64,000 bases of DNA from Deinococcales bacterium (GTDB taxonomy: Bacteria; Deinococcota; Deinococci; Deinococcales; JAAFIG01): NCBI GenBank assembly GCA_043778225.1, contig JAYWGM010000079.1, positions 910 to 64,909 of the forward strand. Direction: 5' to 3'. The notes beneath the pieces are model-generated. The model ran no database searches. It was not told where the DNA came from and saw only the letters and a list, made by a program, of their open reading frames with translations. Made by a program: the position numbers and the translations under genes. Positions 18,373 to 29,287 of the stretch are shown here, in pieces (within the stretch, counting starts at the first letter, position 1; every line of letters starts with the position of its first letter).

Positions 18373-18452
18373 AAGGCAGGTGAAAAGGTCAAAAGGTCAA
18401 AGGGGAAAAAGGAGAAACATTGAACCTTTTAACCTTTTGACCCTTTAACCTT
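18371..18452. repeat. Tandem ~8-mer inverted repeat element (AAAAGGTN)n...(NACCTTTT)n
   Basis: gaaaaggtcaaaaggtcaaagggg...tgaaccttttaaccttttgaccctttaacctt. Confidence 0.8.
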
Positions 18453-18458
18453 AGTTCT

Positions 18459-20486
18459 ATGGATGAGCGCTGGCGGGTTTTTGTTGCGCCTCGGATGGCG
18501 GCTGACGAACAGGTTGTGTCGTACTGGGCGGCTTACTCGAGGTCATTTTGGATAACTTTGTTCGAGGCGTTGTGGCTGGCTTTGTTTTTTCGTGGAGTGG
18601 CAGTGGTGCTGACTCGAGTTGGGGTGGTTGCACCTTGGGCAGAATTGTGGGCGCTTTTGAGCGAACACGTCTTGTGGTTTTGGGCAGCGCTGCGCTTAAC
18701 GCGGCTGACCGAAGCGACTTGGTGGTGGCGGGTGTTGCGGGTAGCCATGGTTGGGGTTTTATTGGGTTTGGGTTTTGCGATTGCCAATGTTATTTTGGTT
18801 AGTTTTTTAGCCCCAACCCGTACTTTTTTTGCACTGCAAGCCATCATTGCTCCAGAGCCGGCTCGAGTTTCGTTTGAAGCAATGATGTTGACAACTGTAT
18901 TGCGCTTTGGTTTTGTTTACGCCATCCGCGAGGTCTGGCTCGAGGGGCGGCGCAATTTGCGTTGGCGCTTAACCGCTTTGGCGCTGTTTGGTGGGGTTTT
19001 TGCTGCCAGTGTAGTGGCAATTTTACCGGGTGTGATTACGCTTTTGCGCGACCCAAGCGCCCGTCTAACCTCCGAGGCGCTGCGTGATGCGACCAATCTC
19101 GCCAAGGCGTTCCAAGGCGCACTGAGCAGTGGTTCTAACCAAGACCAACTCAAACGTTTATTTAACTTTTTAGAAGGTGGTTTTGATTCACGGCGCTCGA
19201 GTTTACTCGAGGATGCCGAAAGACCACAGGATTCACGGCGCATTGCTTTACTGATTGCTGGCACTGGCGAAGTTTTAGAGTCCAACCGAGTTGACCGTTT
19301 TTCTCAAGGCGATACTTTCCAGACCCCAGAACTTGCACCGTGGGCAGAAATTTTGATCACGGCTTCTGGCGGGCGTTGTCGGGCTTTGGTGGTTGGTTTA
19401 GAAGTGATTGCCGGTTGCCCTGCCATTTCCCAAGACCCAAATGTGCCTAGTGTGGTGCTTGGGGTGGTACAGAGTACCCAAAACTCGAGTCCTCCGGGCG
19501 ATATTGCGGCGCAGATTAGTTCAGATTTTAGCAATGCCCTCGATACCCTTTCGCAGTCTTTTTTGGCATTTTTTCTGGGGTTGGGCTTTCTTGGCTATGC
19601 GGTCAGTTTGCGATTAACCCGTCCGCTCGAGCAGCTTTTACAGGGTGTCCAAGCCCTTGAGGGCGGGCAACTCGAGGCTCGGGTTCATATTGATGGCGAG
19701 GACGAAGTAGCACGGTTATCGCAGACTTTTAATAAAATGGCAACGCGGCTTGAGGGCAATGTCTTGGCGCTGCGCCGCGAAAAACAAAATGTCGAGAATT
19801 TGCTCGAAGCCAAAAAAGGTTTAACCGCCAATGCTTCGCACGAGCTTCGCACCCCGATTGCAGTGCTGCGGGCGCGGCTTGAGAGCGCCGAATTGCGCGG
19901 CGAAAGCATTAAACCACAGACGCTTCTGAACGAAGTCCAACGCTTAGAGCGGTTGGTTGAGGATTTGTTTGCACTGGCTCGAGCCGACCTCGAGCAAATC
20001 GAATTTCAGCAACAAGCGGTTTTACTGTCCGAATTGGTCGGGCAACTCTTAGAAAGTTTTACACCATTAGCCAAAGCCAGCAACCTGATTTTACTCAACG
20101 ATGTCCCAGAGCGAATTATCCCAGTTCGAGCCGACCGCGAACGGCTTGAGCAGGTCTTACGGAACTTGGTCATAAACGCCATTCGTTATACCCCAGAAGG
20201 TGGCATTGTGCGAATTGCAGCTCGAGCCAGAGTAGATTTTGTTGAATTGACAGTCGAGGATACTGGCATGGGCATCGAGACCGAAGATTTAAGCCGCATT
20301 TTCGAGCCGTTCTATCGTTCTGACCCAGCCCGCGCTCGAGCCACAGGCGGGGCGGGGCTAGGTTTAGCCGTAGTACGCGAACTGATGCAGCGCATGGACG
20401 GCACAGTTCGGGCGACCAGCACCCTTGGGCAAGGCAGTACCTTTACGCTCGAGCTACCTGTGGCTCGAGAACAGCTTGAGCTTTAG
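18459..20486 (+). CDS. Membrane sensor histidine kinase (HAMP-HisKA-HATPase)
   Basis: Multiple TM segments, HAMP, SHELRTP, NLV.NA.RY, DTG.GI and GGAGLGL motifs. Confidence 0.95.
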   Translation: MDERWRVFVAPRMAADEQVVSYWAAYSRSFWITLFEALWLALFFRGVAVVLTRVGVVAPWAELWALLSEHVLWFWAALRLTRLTEATWWWRVLRVAMVGVLLGLGFAIANVILVSFLAPTRTFFALQAIIAPEPARVSFEAMMLTTVLRFGFVYAIREVWLEGRRNLRWRLTALALFGGVFAASVVAILPGVITLLRDPSARLTSEALRDATNLAKAFQGALSSGSNQDQLKRLFNFLEGGFDSRRSSLLEDAERPQDSRRIALLIAGTGEVLESNRVDRFSQGDTFQTPELAPWAEILITASGGRCRALVVGLEVIAGCPAISQDPNVPSVVLGVVQSTQNSSPPGDIAAQISSDFSNALDTLSQSFLAFFLGLGFLGYAVSLRLTRPLEQLLQGVQALEGGQLEARVHIDGEDEVARLSQTFNKMATRLEGNVLALRREKQNVENLLEAKKGLTANASHELRTPIAVLRARLESAELRGESIKPQTLLNEVQRLERLVEDLFALARADLEQIEFQQQAVLLSELVGQLLESFTPLAKASNLILLNDVPERIIPVRADRERLEQVLRNLVINAIRYTPEGGIVRIAARARVDFVELTVEDTGMGIETEDLSRIFEPFYRSDPARARATGGAGLGLAVVRELMQRMDGTVRATSTLGQGSTFTLELPVAREQLEL

Positions 20487-20488
20487 CC

Positions 20489-21301
20489 TTAGGCAAAGGC
20501 TTGTTGCAAACTTGGCATCTGGCGGCTGGCAAGGTAACGCACGGTACTTGGCACACTTGGGGCAGTCACAATCAGGGCTAAGGCACTGGTGTCGTTGATG
20601 CGGCTGACCAAAAGGCTTTTGCCTTGATACTCGAGCGAAAAACTATGTAAGTCCACGCCACCTAAATTCATCCCTAGACCATTGGAAATACTGGTCAGGG
20701 TACGCACATAGGTACCAATCAAAGGCGCTTCCTCGAGTGGTCTACCGTGTTCCGCTAAAACGCTGGCATCTACCGTGGTGGCAATAATCAGCACCGTTTC
20801 AACTTCGGGTTTCTCGAGAAATGGCGCAAGGTGCAGTGTAAAGTCCACCCCATGACCAGTCTTTGGCTTGGCGATTTCTGGCACGATGGCTGCCACGGCT
20901 GGTTGCACTTGGGCTTGGGCGGCAGCTTGGGCTTGCCCACTTTTAGCCAGAGCCGCATCTATGCGTGGAAAAAGGTCTTCTGGGGTAAATGGCTTACTGA
21001 CCACACCTTCTGCGCCAGCTTCTTTGGCTTGGGCAGTGACTGCCGAGTCAACAATGCCGCTAATCAACAAAATTGGCACATGGCGAAAACGGTCAAGGCT
21101 TTTTAAGCGAGAGGTGAGTTCAAAGCCGTTCATGTTGGGCATCACCACATCGGCAATGATTAGATTTGGCACATCGTTGGCAATCAGTTCCATGGCGTGT
21201 TCGGCACTCGAGGCACTCAAGACACTGTACTGACGCGGCGACAACAGGCGCTCGAGGGCTTTTCGAACACTGACTGAATCGTCTACAATAAGGATTTTCA
21301 T
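20489..21301 (-). CDS. Response regulator with C-terminal Roadblock/LC7-like domain
   Basis: REC (VDDS, DVVMP, KPF). The C-terminal helix-beta2-helix-beta3 pattern (...GMNLGG..L.SFSLEY.G..LLV..I....LALI) is roadblock-like. Confidence 0.8.
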   Translation of the reverse strand: MKILIVDDSVSVRKALERLLSPRQYSVLSASSAEHAMELIANDVPNLIIADVVMPNMNGFELTSRLKSLDRFRHVPILLISGIVDSAVTAQAKEAGAEGVVSKPFTPEDLFPRIDAALAKSGQAQAAAQAQVQPAVAAIVPEIAKPKTGHGVDFTLHLAPFLEKPEVETVLIIATTVDASVLAEHGRPLEEAPLIGTYVRTLTSISNGLGMNLGGVDLHSFSLEYQGKSLLVSRINDTSALALIVTAPSVPSTVRYLASRQMPSLQQAFA

Positions 21302-21328
21302 GATTTATCGCTCCTATTTTGCCGCGAA

Positions 21329-22060
21329 TTACCTTGCAACGCTTTCAAAGTTTGCAAGTTCCATTAAAAGTTGAAACAAAGATTTTCGGATTGTTCGGGT
21401 TTGTAAATCCAAAGCATCTGGCTCGAGTTTTTCAAACGAAAAATGCCCTTGGACTGCATGGCTGGCTTGCCCAAAAAGTCGGATCACAGCTTCTTCGCCA
21501 ATTCGTCCATTATACTCAGCATGGGTTGGTCTACCTTGTGCAAAATAGATACCGCCATAAGCACCATCCATATGAATCAGCAATTTTCCAGTGCTGTTGG
21601 ACTTGGCTAACCACTGCACGAGATTCAGTAAATCGGCATCGTCCAAAGAACCTCCAATACTTGGAGCGCGTTCTTGACTGGCGCGAACTTCGCTGTGGAC
21701 TTGTTGTAAAACCTCTTGCACAAGCCGCTTGGCAATCAGGGCAATGTCATTAGGGTTGGAGTTCGGGTTCATCACCAAATCGTGTTTACGCATTTCAAAT
21801 TCGCTTGGTTTTTCGGTTGCCAATAAAATAAACCCAGTCGTCACAAGGCTTGGGTCACCACGCACGATTTCATGTAAATCACAGCCGCTCATGTCCGAGA
21901 GTTCGCTTTCAGAAATCATCACATCGGGTTGTGAGCGCTCGAGAATACTGGCGGCGTGCATGGCGGTTGGGGCAATCTCGACTTCAAAATCGCTGTTGCG
22001 TAATGGTGGCTCGAGACTCCGCACCCGATTGGGGTCGGCACTGATAATCATGGCTTTCAT
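21329..22060 (-). CDS. Pseudo-receiver plus DUF4388 (PatA_N-like) protein
   Basis: Degenerate REC (Glu at the phospho-Asp position). C-terminal GSL.D..L..LVQ.L...TG.L...G.IYF..G...HA...GEEA..L...G.F.F. Confidence 0.8.
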   Translation of the reverse strand: MKAMIISADPNRVRSLEPPLRNSDFEVEIAPTAMHAASILERSQPDVMISESELSDMSGCDLHEIVRGDPSLVTTGFILLATEKPSEFEMRKHDLVMNPNSNPNDIALIAKRLVQEVLQQVHSEVRASQERAPSIGGSLDDADLLNLVQWLAKSNSTGKLLIHMDGAYGGIYFAQGRPTHAEYNGRIGEEAVIRLFGQASHAVQGHFSFEKLEPDALDLQTRTIRKSLFQLLMELANFESVAR

Positions 22061-22128
22061 GCTTCACCCATGCAGGACTGGTTTGTTCCCATGCAGGACT
22101 GGTTTGTTCCCATGCAGGACTGGTTCAT
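22057..22128 (-). repeat. 21-bp tandem repeat (about 2.8 copies) encoding a 23-aa bridging mini-ORF
   Basis: CCCATGCAGGACTGGTTTGTT repeated over 22067-22125. Minus strand reads MNQSCMGTNQSCMGTNQSCMGEA* with ATGA overlaps at both ends. Confidence 0.85.
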
Positions 22129-24968
22129 AGCCGGACACCTTCGTTGCGAACTCGAGTCAAAAAGCGCTCGAGGCGAGTTTCATCGATTGGCTTAGAAAAA
22201 TATTCAGAAACACCAAGCGCCAAGGCAAATTCGCGGTGTTTATCAGAAGCACGGGTGGTGAGCATGGCAACTGGCAGTTTAGCAAATGCTGGGCGGCGGC
22301 GCAGTTCATCGAGCAATTCAAAGCCGCTTTTGCGCGGCATCTCGAGGTCGGTGATGATCGCGTCAAATTCGGCTTCGCTGGTCATCAAGTTTAGCGCTTC
22401 TTCACCATCAGCCGCCGTGGTCACATCGCAACCCATGCGGGTCAGTAAGCCAGCCACAATTTTACGCACCGACAACGAATCGTCGACCAAGAGCAGCCGC
22501 GTCCGACGGGCAGTCGCCACGGTGCTTGGGGCTTGGATTTCGCCGCGCTCGAGTTTGGCTAAACCGTTGGGGTCGAGCATCAAAATCACTTCGCCCTCGG
22601 CACTGACCGATGCTCCCGACAAGTGAGCAATTTGGTCAAATGGGGCATCCAATTGGCGCACCACAGCTTGCTCGAGTCCAAGCATGGCATCCACTTCATA
22701 AGCCAAACGTCCGACTTCCGACTCGAGAATCATCACCACAAGGCGTTTAGCATCGCTTGGGCTGCGCGGCAATTCGAGAATATCCGCCAGATGATTCAGC
22801 ACAAAATCCTCGCCCTGAAAAGTAAATTGGCGCTCTAAACCTTCGGTCGTGACCACTTGGCGAATCTCGGCAACATCTAAGCTACGCAGCGCCCGAACCG
22901 TTTCGGCTGGCACGGCAAACTGCTCGCCAGAAACTTGGATACTGAGAATATCCGAGACAATCAAATTGGCTGGAATACGCAGGCTAAAACGTGTTCCTAA
23001 GCCGTTTTCAGTTTGGATGCTGACCGCTCCTTTTAAGCGGCGCAGGTTATTAGCCACCACATCCATACCCACCCCGCGTCCGGCTCGATCGGTGACGCTT
23101 TTGGCGGTGCTGAGTCCGGGCAAGAAAATTAACTCGGCTGCCATTTCGTCGCTCATGGCAAGCACTTCTTCGGCGGTTCTTAAACCGCGCTCGACTGCCC
23201 GACGGCGAACGGCTTGTAAATCAATCCCCGCGCCATCGTCTTGAACCTCGAGAACCAAATTTGCACCACGGCGCAGCGCCGTAATTTTTAAGACCCCCGA
23301 GGCTTCTTTGCCAGCCCGACGGCGCACATCTGGGGCTTCGATGCCATGAATCACAGCATTGTTGACCAAATGGGTGAATGGGTCTACCAGACTTTCCAAA
23401 ACCAAGTTGTCGATTTCGACATTTTCGCCGCTCAGTTCAAGTTGCACCATTTTGCTGACCGATTCGGCGGTGGTGCGGACTTGCCGCCGCAAACGCTGAT
23501 ACAACCTCGAGAGTGGCACAAGCCGCAAACGCCCCGCCTCGAGCCGCAAAGAACGGGTCAGTTTTTCAAAGTCTTGGGTTTCGCGCTTAAAGCCTTTGCC
23601 TAAATCCTCGAGTTCAAGTTGCAACTCAGAAATATCTGCCGTCAACTCGGCGACTCCTCGAGCAATCAAACTGGTGTCGTCGTAGCGGTCAAACTCAAGT
23701 TCAGAAAACATTGCCCGCACATCTTCAATCAACTGGCTTTGTGGTTCGGCTTGGGTTTCGGGTTCGGTATTTTCGGCTAAGAATTTCGGGTTGCCAAAGC
23801 GTTCGGTAATGTCGGCACTGGTTTTTTCTAAGCGCTGACGGCTGCCTGATAAAAGTTCGTTGAGTTCCTCGAGCCGACGCGCAAAATTATCGAAACGCGC
23901 CCGTGTCAGGAGCACCTCACCCGATAAATTTAAGACTCGCTCGAGTCGATTTAAGCCCACCCGCAAAGTCACATTGGCAGTTGGGGCAGTCTCGGGGGCA
24001 GCCGTTGGGATTGGTACTGGTGTTGCCGTCACCTCAGGAGGCTGGACTGGCGCTGCTCGCAGCCCAAGAATCAAATCCAAGGCTTGGTGTGTGCCTTCAA
24101 GCGCTCCCGCCAAGGCAACCTCGCGTCCTTCGGCGGTGGCAATCATCCTCGAGAGGGCATCTATGCCCTGTGCTACCGCATTACCAAATTGCTCATTCCA
24201 AGTGGTGTTGCCGTCGCGCACCAAGACCAGTGCATCCTCGAGCCGGTGCGCCAGTTTACCGAGCGGGTCGCAACCGACCGAATAGCTTGCCCCTTTGACG
24301 GTGTGAAAACCACGAAAAATCTCGTCTATGGCAGCTTTGGGCGATTCTGGGTCGAGGGTTTCTAAGCCGTGTGCCACCAATTCAAGATTCTCGAGGACTT
24401 CTGGCGCAAAATATTCCCAAACCTCGGGTTGACTACGAAAATACTGGCGCAACTCCTCAACCAGACTTAATGGGGCTGGTTCTTCAAATTGTAAGACTAG
24501 CTCTGGCTCGGATTCTTCTATAAAACCCAAGCTGTCGCCCATTTGGGCTTCAGTGCGCTTAAAGTGGCTTGGATTTTTGACCAACAAACGCTGGAGCAGG
24601 TCTCCTCCACCCAAAGCTGCCAAGGCTAAGCCCGGTTCGCCTTCATCGCCAGTGGTCTGGATGCGTTCTAAGGCTTCAGACAGCACAGCGGTGACTTGCG
24701 CTGAGAAGTCGAGCGCCAAGCGCCGTTGGTCGGTGGCAAATAAATGAGCGCTTTCAAAAACCCGCTCGAGCAAACCCGCCAAACTCGAGACTTCGGCATA
24801 CTGATACAAGCCAGCACTGCCTTTTAAGCGGTGCGAAGCCACCACCAAACGGCGCATTCCGTCGGGGTGCGCCATTAAAAACGGGGCAGACTCGAGTTCG
24901 CCAGTTGTTTCCCAGGCTTCGGCTAAGAAACTTTCAATCAGGTCTGGGGGACGAGTATAAGCAGTCAT
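22125..24968 (-). CDS. cheA: CheA/ChpA-like hybrid kinase (2 Hpt, HATPase, CheW, REC)
   Basis: SHRLKGSA and FHTVKGAS Hpt motifs, HLVNNAVIHGIE, DDGAGID, GRGVGMDVV, C-terminal REC. Confidence 0.93.
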   Translation of the reverse strand: MTAYTRPPDLIESFLAEAWETTGELESAPFLMAHPDGMRRLVVASHRLKGSAGLYQYAEVSSLAGLLERVFESAHLFATDQRRLALDFSAQVTAVLSEALERIQTTGDEGEPGLALAALGGGDLLQRLLVKNPSHFKRTEAQMGDSLGFIEESEPELVLQFEEPAPLSLVEELRQYFRSQPEVWEYFAPEVLENLELVAHGLETLDPESPKAAIDEIFRGFHTVKGASYSVGCDPLGKLAHRLEDALVLVRDGNTTWNEQFGNAVAQGIDALSRMIATAEGREVALAGALEGTHQALDLILGLRAAPVQPPEVTATPVPIPTAAPETAPTANVTLRVGLNRLERVLNLSGEVLLTRARFDNFARRLEELNELLSGSRQRLEKTSADITERFGNPKFLAENTEPETQAEPQSQLIEDVRAMFSELEFDRYDDTSLIARGVAELTADISELQLELEDLGKGFKRETQDFEKLTRSLRLEAGRLRLVPLSRLYQRLRRQVRTTAESVSKMVQLELSGENVEIDNLVLESLVDPFTHLVNNAVIHGIEAPDVRRRAGKEASGVLKITALRRGANLVLEVQDDGAGIDLQAVRRRAVERGLRTAEEVLAMSDEMAAELIFLPGLSTAKSVTDRAGRGVGMDVVANNLRRLKGAVSIQTENGLGTRFSLRIPANLIVSDILSIQVSGEQFAVPAETVRALRSLDVAEIRQVVTTEGLERQFTFQGEDFVLNHLADILELPRSPSDAKRLVVMILESEVGRLAYEVDAMLGLEQAVVRQLDAPFDQIAHLSGASVSAEGEVILMLDPNGLAKLERGEIQAPSTVATARRTRLLLVDDSLSVRKIVAGLLTRMGCDVTTAADGEEALNLMTSEAEFDAIITDLEMPRKSGFELLDELRRRPAFAKLPVAMLTTRASDKHREFALALGVSEYFSKPIDETRLERFLTRVRNEGVRL

Positions 24969-26899
24969 TAGGCAGGCAACCTAAAGCGCTCAAGGCTTTG
25001 CGATAAAGACTGCGACAGGGTTTGCAATTCGCCGGCTGCCACACCACCTTGGCGGGTATTGGTTTCGGTGACTTGGGCAGTTTTTACAATCCGCGTCACG
25101 TTCTCGCGCACCACTTCGACCGACTCGGCTTGTTGACTTGCCAAACTGGCAATGTCGGAAGCAACCTGCACCGACTGACGTGCTAAATCCGAAATGCGCT
25201 CCAAGCGTTCGCTGGCTTGCGCCGCCACTTGTGTCCCCATCTGGACTTGCTCGGCGCTAACCGTCGCCCGACCCGAGAGCGTCTGAATTTCGTTTTGGAC
25301 ATCTTTTACAATGCTGGTGATACGACTGGCGGCTTTTGCCGAGTCATCTGCCAAAGAACGCACCGCATTTGCCACCGCCCCGAAACGCGCTCCTGCCGTA
25401 CCCGCTCCGGCTGCCTCGAGCGACGCACCCAGAGCCAAAAGGTTAGTCTGCGAAGCAAAGCGCGAAATCGTGCGGACGACTTCAGAAATTTCGTCCGAAC
25501 GCCGCGCCAAGCCTTGCATCCCTTGGGTCATGCTGAGCATCTGGTCACGAATCTGAACCAACTGTTCACGGGTTTGGGTCACGGCTTGCGTTCCAGCACT
25601 CGAAGCCTCGAGCGTAAACTGAGCCGCACTCGCGCCCTTATCGGCAGTGGCTGCCAAGGACTGCATGGCTTGTGCCACAAGGTTGGTCTGGTTTTGTGCG
25701 CCCTGAGCCAAACTGGCTTGCGATTGGGCATTCTCGAGAATCCCCTGCGAAGTTTGGGTCATTGAATTGGCACTCGAGGAAACCCGCTCGGCAGCCGAAC
25801 GGACATTGCCCAATAAAACACCAAACTCATCGGTCATGATATTAATTGCATCTACCACGTTACCCAGCACATCATCGGTAACTGCCCCTTTTTTGGTCAG
25901 GTCGCCGCCAGCAATATCCATGGCGACATTTAAGAATTCCGAAACGTTTTCTTGGAGTTTAACGCCTTTTTGGCGCTCGAGGTCTTGTTCGATACGCACA
26001 GCACGAAGTTGGGTAATTGAGGCATTCAAAGCCGTCGAGACCGAACCAATTTCATCGCGTCCACGGACATCTGACTGGACATCCAAGTTACCACTGCGAA
26101 GTTCTCTGGCTGCCGACTCAAGTTTTGAAAGCCGCAAAGTAATCGAGCGCCCAATCAAAAACACCAACAACGCTCCAAAAACCAAAATCGCCAAAAAGAC
26201 CAAAATAGAATTGCGTTGACTGGCAGCGCTGGCTTCATCCGCATCGGCAGCCGACAACTTAGCAAACTCGAGGTTTAAGGACACCAAATCTTGTAAACGG
26301 TCACTGATTTCAAAATAACCACCAGTCAATTCTGCCAGTGCCATCTCGCCATTTTTACCCTTGGTTTTAATAAAGGCAGCCAAGCTGGTTTTCATTCGGT
26401 TATTGAGGGTTTTTAACTCGCCAAATTGCAGCACTTCGCGGTCTTGGAGTTTGGTTTGTTGTTTGGCTTTGAGCAAAGCCGTAAATTCAGGTTTAATCGT
26501 GGTAATCCAAAGTTTTTCGTACTGCTCGAGAACCGCATTTAAGCGCTTAGAGTAATCAAGCGACTGCTCTAAAACACCATCCACCTGCTCTTGGTCTAAA
26601 CTCGAGGCACTGGTCTGTAAAACTTCCAAAGTACGCACCGTGGCAATCGAAGAAATACGGGCTTCTTGTAAGCTGTTGATTGGCAGCAACTCGAATTCGT
26701 ACAAGTTATTGGTGTGGTACGAGAGTGTGGCATTTGTGGTCTGATTGACCAACAACAACACCAAAGTACCCAAAGCCAGCACCAAACTCAACAAGCCAAT
26801 TTTCCACAACACCCCAAGGTTATCGAGAATGCCAGCACTTTGACGTTCACCGCCGCCCAACTGGGTGGTGGTTATTCGAGATTTTCGAGCTTCTAGCAT
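24968..26899 (-). CDS. Methyl-accepting chemotaxis protein (4HB-type sensor, HAMP)
   Basis: Two TM segments, HAMP, and a signalling domain with degenerate tip QTNLLALGASLEAAGAG. Confidence 0.9.
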   Translation of the reverse strand: MLEARKSRITTTQLGGGERQSAGILDNLGVLWKIGLLSLVLALGTLVLLLVNQTTNATLSYHTNNLYEFELLPINSLQEARISSIATVRTLEVLQTSASSLDQEQVDGVLEQSLDYSKRLNAVLEQYEKLWITTIKPEFTALLKAKQQTKLQDREVLQFGELKTLNNRMKTSLAAFIKTKGKNGEMALAELTGGYFEISDRLQDLVSLNLEFAKLSAADADEASAASQRNSILVFLAILVFGALLVFLIGRSITLRLSKLESAARELRSGNLDVQSDVRGRDEIGSVSTALNASITQLRAVRIEQDLERQKGVKLQENVSEFLNVAMDIAGGDLTKKGAVTDDVLGNVVDAINIMTDEFGVLLGNVRSAAERVSSSANSMTQTSQGILENAQSQASLAQGAQNQTNLVAQAMQSLAATADKGASAAQFTLEASSAGTQAVTQTREQLVQIRDQMLSMTQGMQGLARRSDEISEVVRTISRFASQTNLLALGASLEAAGAGTAGARFGAVANAVRSLADDSAKAASRITSIVKDVQNEIQTLSGRATVSAEQVQMGTQVAAQASERLERISDLARQSVQVASDIASLASQQAESVEVVRENVTRIVKTAQVTETNTRQGGVAAGELQTLSQSLSQSLERFRLPA

Positions 26900-26912
26900 A
26901 GAATCCCCTCCT

Positions 26913-29231
26913 TTAGACCGGCAAGCGGAAACGCTCGAGGTTGGCAGCTAAGTTTTGTGCCAATTGACGAAGTTGTTCGGCGTTTTCTTGACCACTCTGA
27001 CTCTGTTCACGGGCGGATTGTGCAGTTGCGGCAATCGTCTGAACGGCTTGAGTTACGGTTTGGACCCGACCGACTTGGTTGCGAGTAACATCCGAAATAC
27101 GGGTTGCAAAATCTGAGGATTGCTGTGCCAACTGGGCGATTTGCTCGAGTTGATTACCGGCTTGCGAAGCGATTTTATAGCCCTGCTCGACTTCTTTTGT
27201 TCCGTCCTCAATACCAATCACCAAGCCCTGAATTTCGGTTTGAATGCTCTTGATTAAGCCAGCCACACGGCTGGTGGACTTTGCCGAGTCTTCTGCCAAG
27301 CGCCGCACCTCGTCTGCCACAATCGCAAACCGTGCGCCAGCTTCACCTGCACCAGAAGCCTCGATGGCGGCATTTAAGGAAAGCAAGTTGGTCTGGGCGG
27401 CAATACCCGAAATCGTATCGACAATTTCTTGAATCTCGAGCGAGCGGTCAGAAAGGCTCTTAACCGACTTAGAAATGTTACTAACCTCACGACGAATTGA
27501 GTTCATACCCGTTAGGGTTTCCTGCACTGCCGCCTGCCCTTCACGGCTGGCATCGAGGGTGCGTTGGGCAATCACGGCGGTGTCGGAGGCGGTGTTGGTC
27601 AATTCCTCGAATTGCTGACTGACCTCGAGTGCTTGGGTCTGGGCTTCTTGTGCCACTTCTTCTTGTGAAACCGCACCTTGCACAATGTTGCGACTGGCGT
27701 GGGTTAATTCTCGAGCGCCGGAGTTGACTTGTTCGGTGGTCGTCTGGACATCTTTAAGCAGGTAGCCAATTTCTTCGGTCATCAGGTTAATTGCGTCAAT
27801 CACGTTACCGAGTACGTCTTCTGTAACCCGACCTTTTTTGGTAAAGTCGCCGCCCGAAATATCCATGGCGACATTCAAAAACTCACCAATGTTCTCTTGG
27901 AGTTGCTTAGAGCGCATCGCTTCATCGCGTTGGGCATCCACAAAGTCGCGGAGTTGCAAAACCGAGTTGTTAAAAGCCACACCAAGCTGACCAATTTCGT
28001 CTCTTGAACGCACCGCCATGGTTTGTGACAAATCGCCCGAACCAAATTTCTCGGCAACTTTGACCATCTGCGAAAGCGGGTTGGTGATTGAACGGGTCGT
28101 TAAAAAAGCCCCCAACAGCACCAACAAGACCAGCACCAACAAAGCTCCAAGAACCAAACGTTGAGTATTTTGTAAATTATTAACACGTTCTTCAAGCAAT
28201 TCATTGAGTTTGGCTAAAGCATTGTCATACAAGCTGTAGTAATTCACCAACAAGCGATTCATCCCACTGACAAAAGTTTCGATTGGATAGCGCCCAATTT
28301 CGGTTGAATCGCCACCTTCTTGAATGAAAGTGCGCGAAACAACATCATCGAGTGTCCCTTGGGCAGCGCGATTAAAACCAACCGTCTGCAAACTAAACTG
28401 ACTGAGTTGCTTTGGGTTGGCAGTTGCCGCAAAGGCGGCGGAGCGCTCGGCTTCACTGGAATCGTCGCGAATACGTGCCAGCAAAACATTTAAGCGAAAT
28501 TTTTCGTCTTCAACAATCCGCTTACGGGTCAAAATACCAACCCCCACACCTGCCACCTGACCAATGTCGTCCACAATGCTAGGCAACTTATTGGTGGTCA
28601 AATCTACGGTGTAAAAAGTATCGAGTTGTGGGTCAAGAATTAAGTTTGAGTTATTGGCAACGATTCGCAACAAATCAAACATTTCGACCCGAATTAAGCG
28701 ATTATGGGCTTCAAAGTTGGCATCTACGGTGCTGGTGACCAGATTCTCTTCAATGCTGCGCCAGTTGGCTTTGACTCGCTCATAACTTTCTTTGCTCTTA
28801 AAAGACCCACCAAAACGGTTATTCAAAGCATCGGTGCTTGCCAAAAGGGTATTGATTTCTTCGGCTTTCTTTTGCCGCGTCTGGATTGCTGTACCGCCAG
28901 AACGCTGCTGGGTGACCAAACCACGGTGTTCAGAAAAACGTTGCAAAAGATTACCAAGGCTGCGAAGGTAAACTGCACCATCGCGTTCACGCAAACTAAA
29001 ATTAATTTGCTGCTGTTGCTGATTTAATAAGAAAAATACCGCCAAACCCAAAGGGATGAGCAACGACAGCACCAAAAAAAGCAGACGGGTCGAAACCAAA
29101 AAGCCGCCACGTGGGGCAGAAGTTGCCAGATCGCCAACCGATTCAAATTCAACCGAAGTGATGCTGGCGCTGGGTGATTCGGCTTTTTTAGCACCGAACA
29201 ACGAGAATTTTGGTTTTTTGGTCGTGTTCAT
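26913..29231 (-). CDS. Methyl-accepting chemotaxis protein (PilJ-like)
   Basis: Two TM segments, periplasmic SNLILDP.LDTFY domain, [33 protein letters not shown]. Confidence 0.93.
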   Translation of the reverse strand: MNTTKKPKFSLFGAKKAESPSASITSVEFESVGDLATSAPRGGFLVSTRLLFLVLSLLIPLGLAVFFLLNQQQQQINFSLRERDGAVYLRSLGNLLQRFSEHRGLVTQQRSGGTAIQTRQKKAEEINTLLASTDALNNRFGGSFKSKESYERVKANWRSIEENLVTSTVDANFEAHNRLIRVEMFDLLRIVANNSNLILDPQLDTFYTVDLTTNKLPSIVDDIGQVAGVGVGILTRKRIVEDEKFRLNVLLARIRDDSSEAERSAAFAATANPKQLSQFSLQTVGFNRAAQGTLDDVVSRTFIQEGGDSTEIGRYPIETFVSGMNRLLVNYYSLYDNALAKLNELLEERVNNLQNTQRLVLGALLVLVLLVLLGAFLTTRSITNPLSQMVKVAEKFGSGDLSQTMAVRSRDEIGQLGVAFNNSVLQLRDFVDAQRDEAMRSKQLQENIGEFLNVAMDISGGDFTKKGRVTEDVLGNVIDAINLMTEEIGYLLKDVQTTTEQVNSGARELTHASRNIVQGAVSQEEVAQEAQTQALEVSQQFEELTNTASDTAVIAQRTLDASREGQAAVQETLTGMNSIRREVSNISKSVKSLSDRSLEIQEIVDTISGIAAQTNLLSLNAAIEASGAGEAGARFAIVADEVRRLAEDSAKSTSRVAGLIKSIQTEIQGLVIGIEDGTKEVEQGYKIASQAGNQLEQIAQLAQQSSDFATRISDVTRNQVGRVQTVTQAVQTIAATAQSAREQSQSGQENAEQLRQLAQNLAANLERFRLPV

Positions 29232-29237
29232 CAGTGG

Positions 29238-29280
29238 ACCTCCTGTGGCGTGTTCATCTTATGAACCTCCTGTGGCGTGT
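29238..29280 (-). repeat. Duplicated 16-bp translation-initiation segment containing an RBS
   Basis: ACCTCCTGTGGCGTGT at 29238 and 29265 (AGGAGGT on minus). Produces mini-ORFs MKSPHATGGS* and MNTPQEVH*. Confidence 0.8.
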
Positions 29281-29287
29281 GGTGATT

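Noticed and set aside
22067-22125. CRISPR array
   Set aside because: Head-to-tail 21-bp repeats with no spacers and no cas genes in the window.
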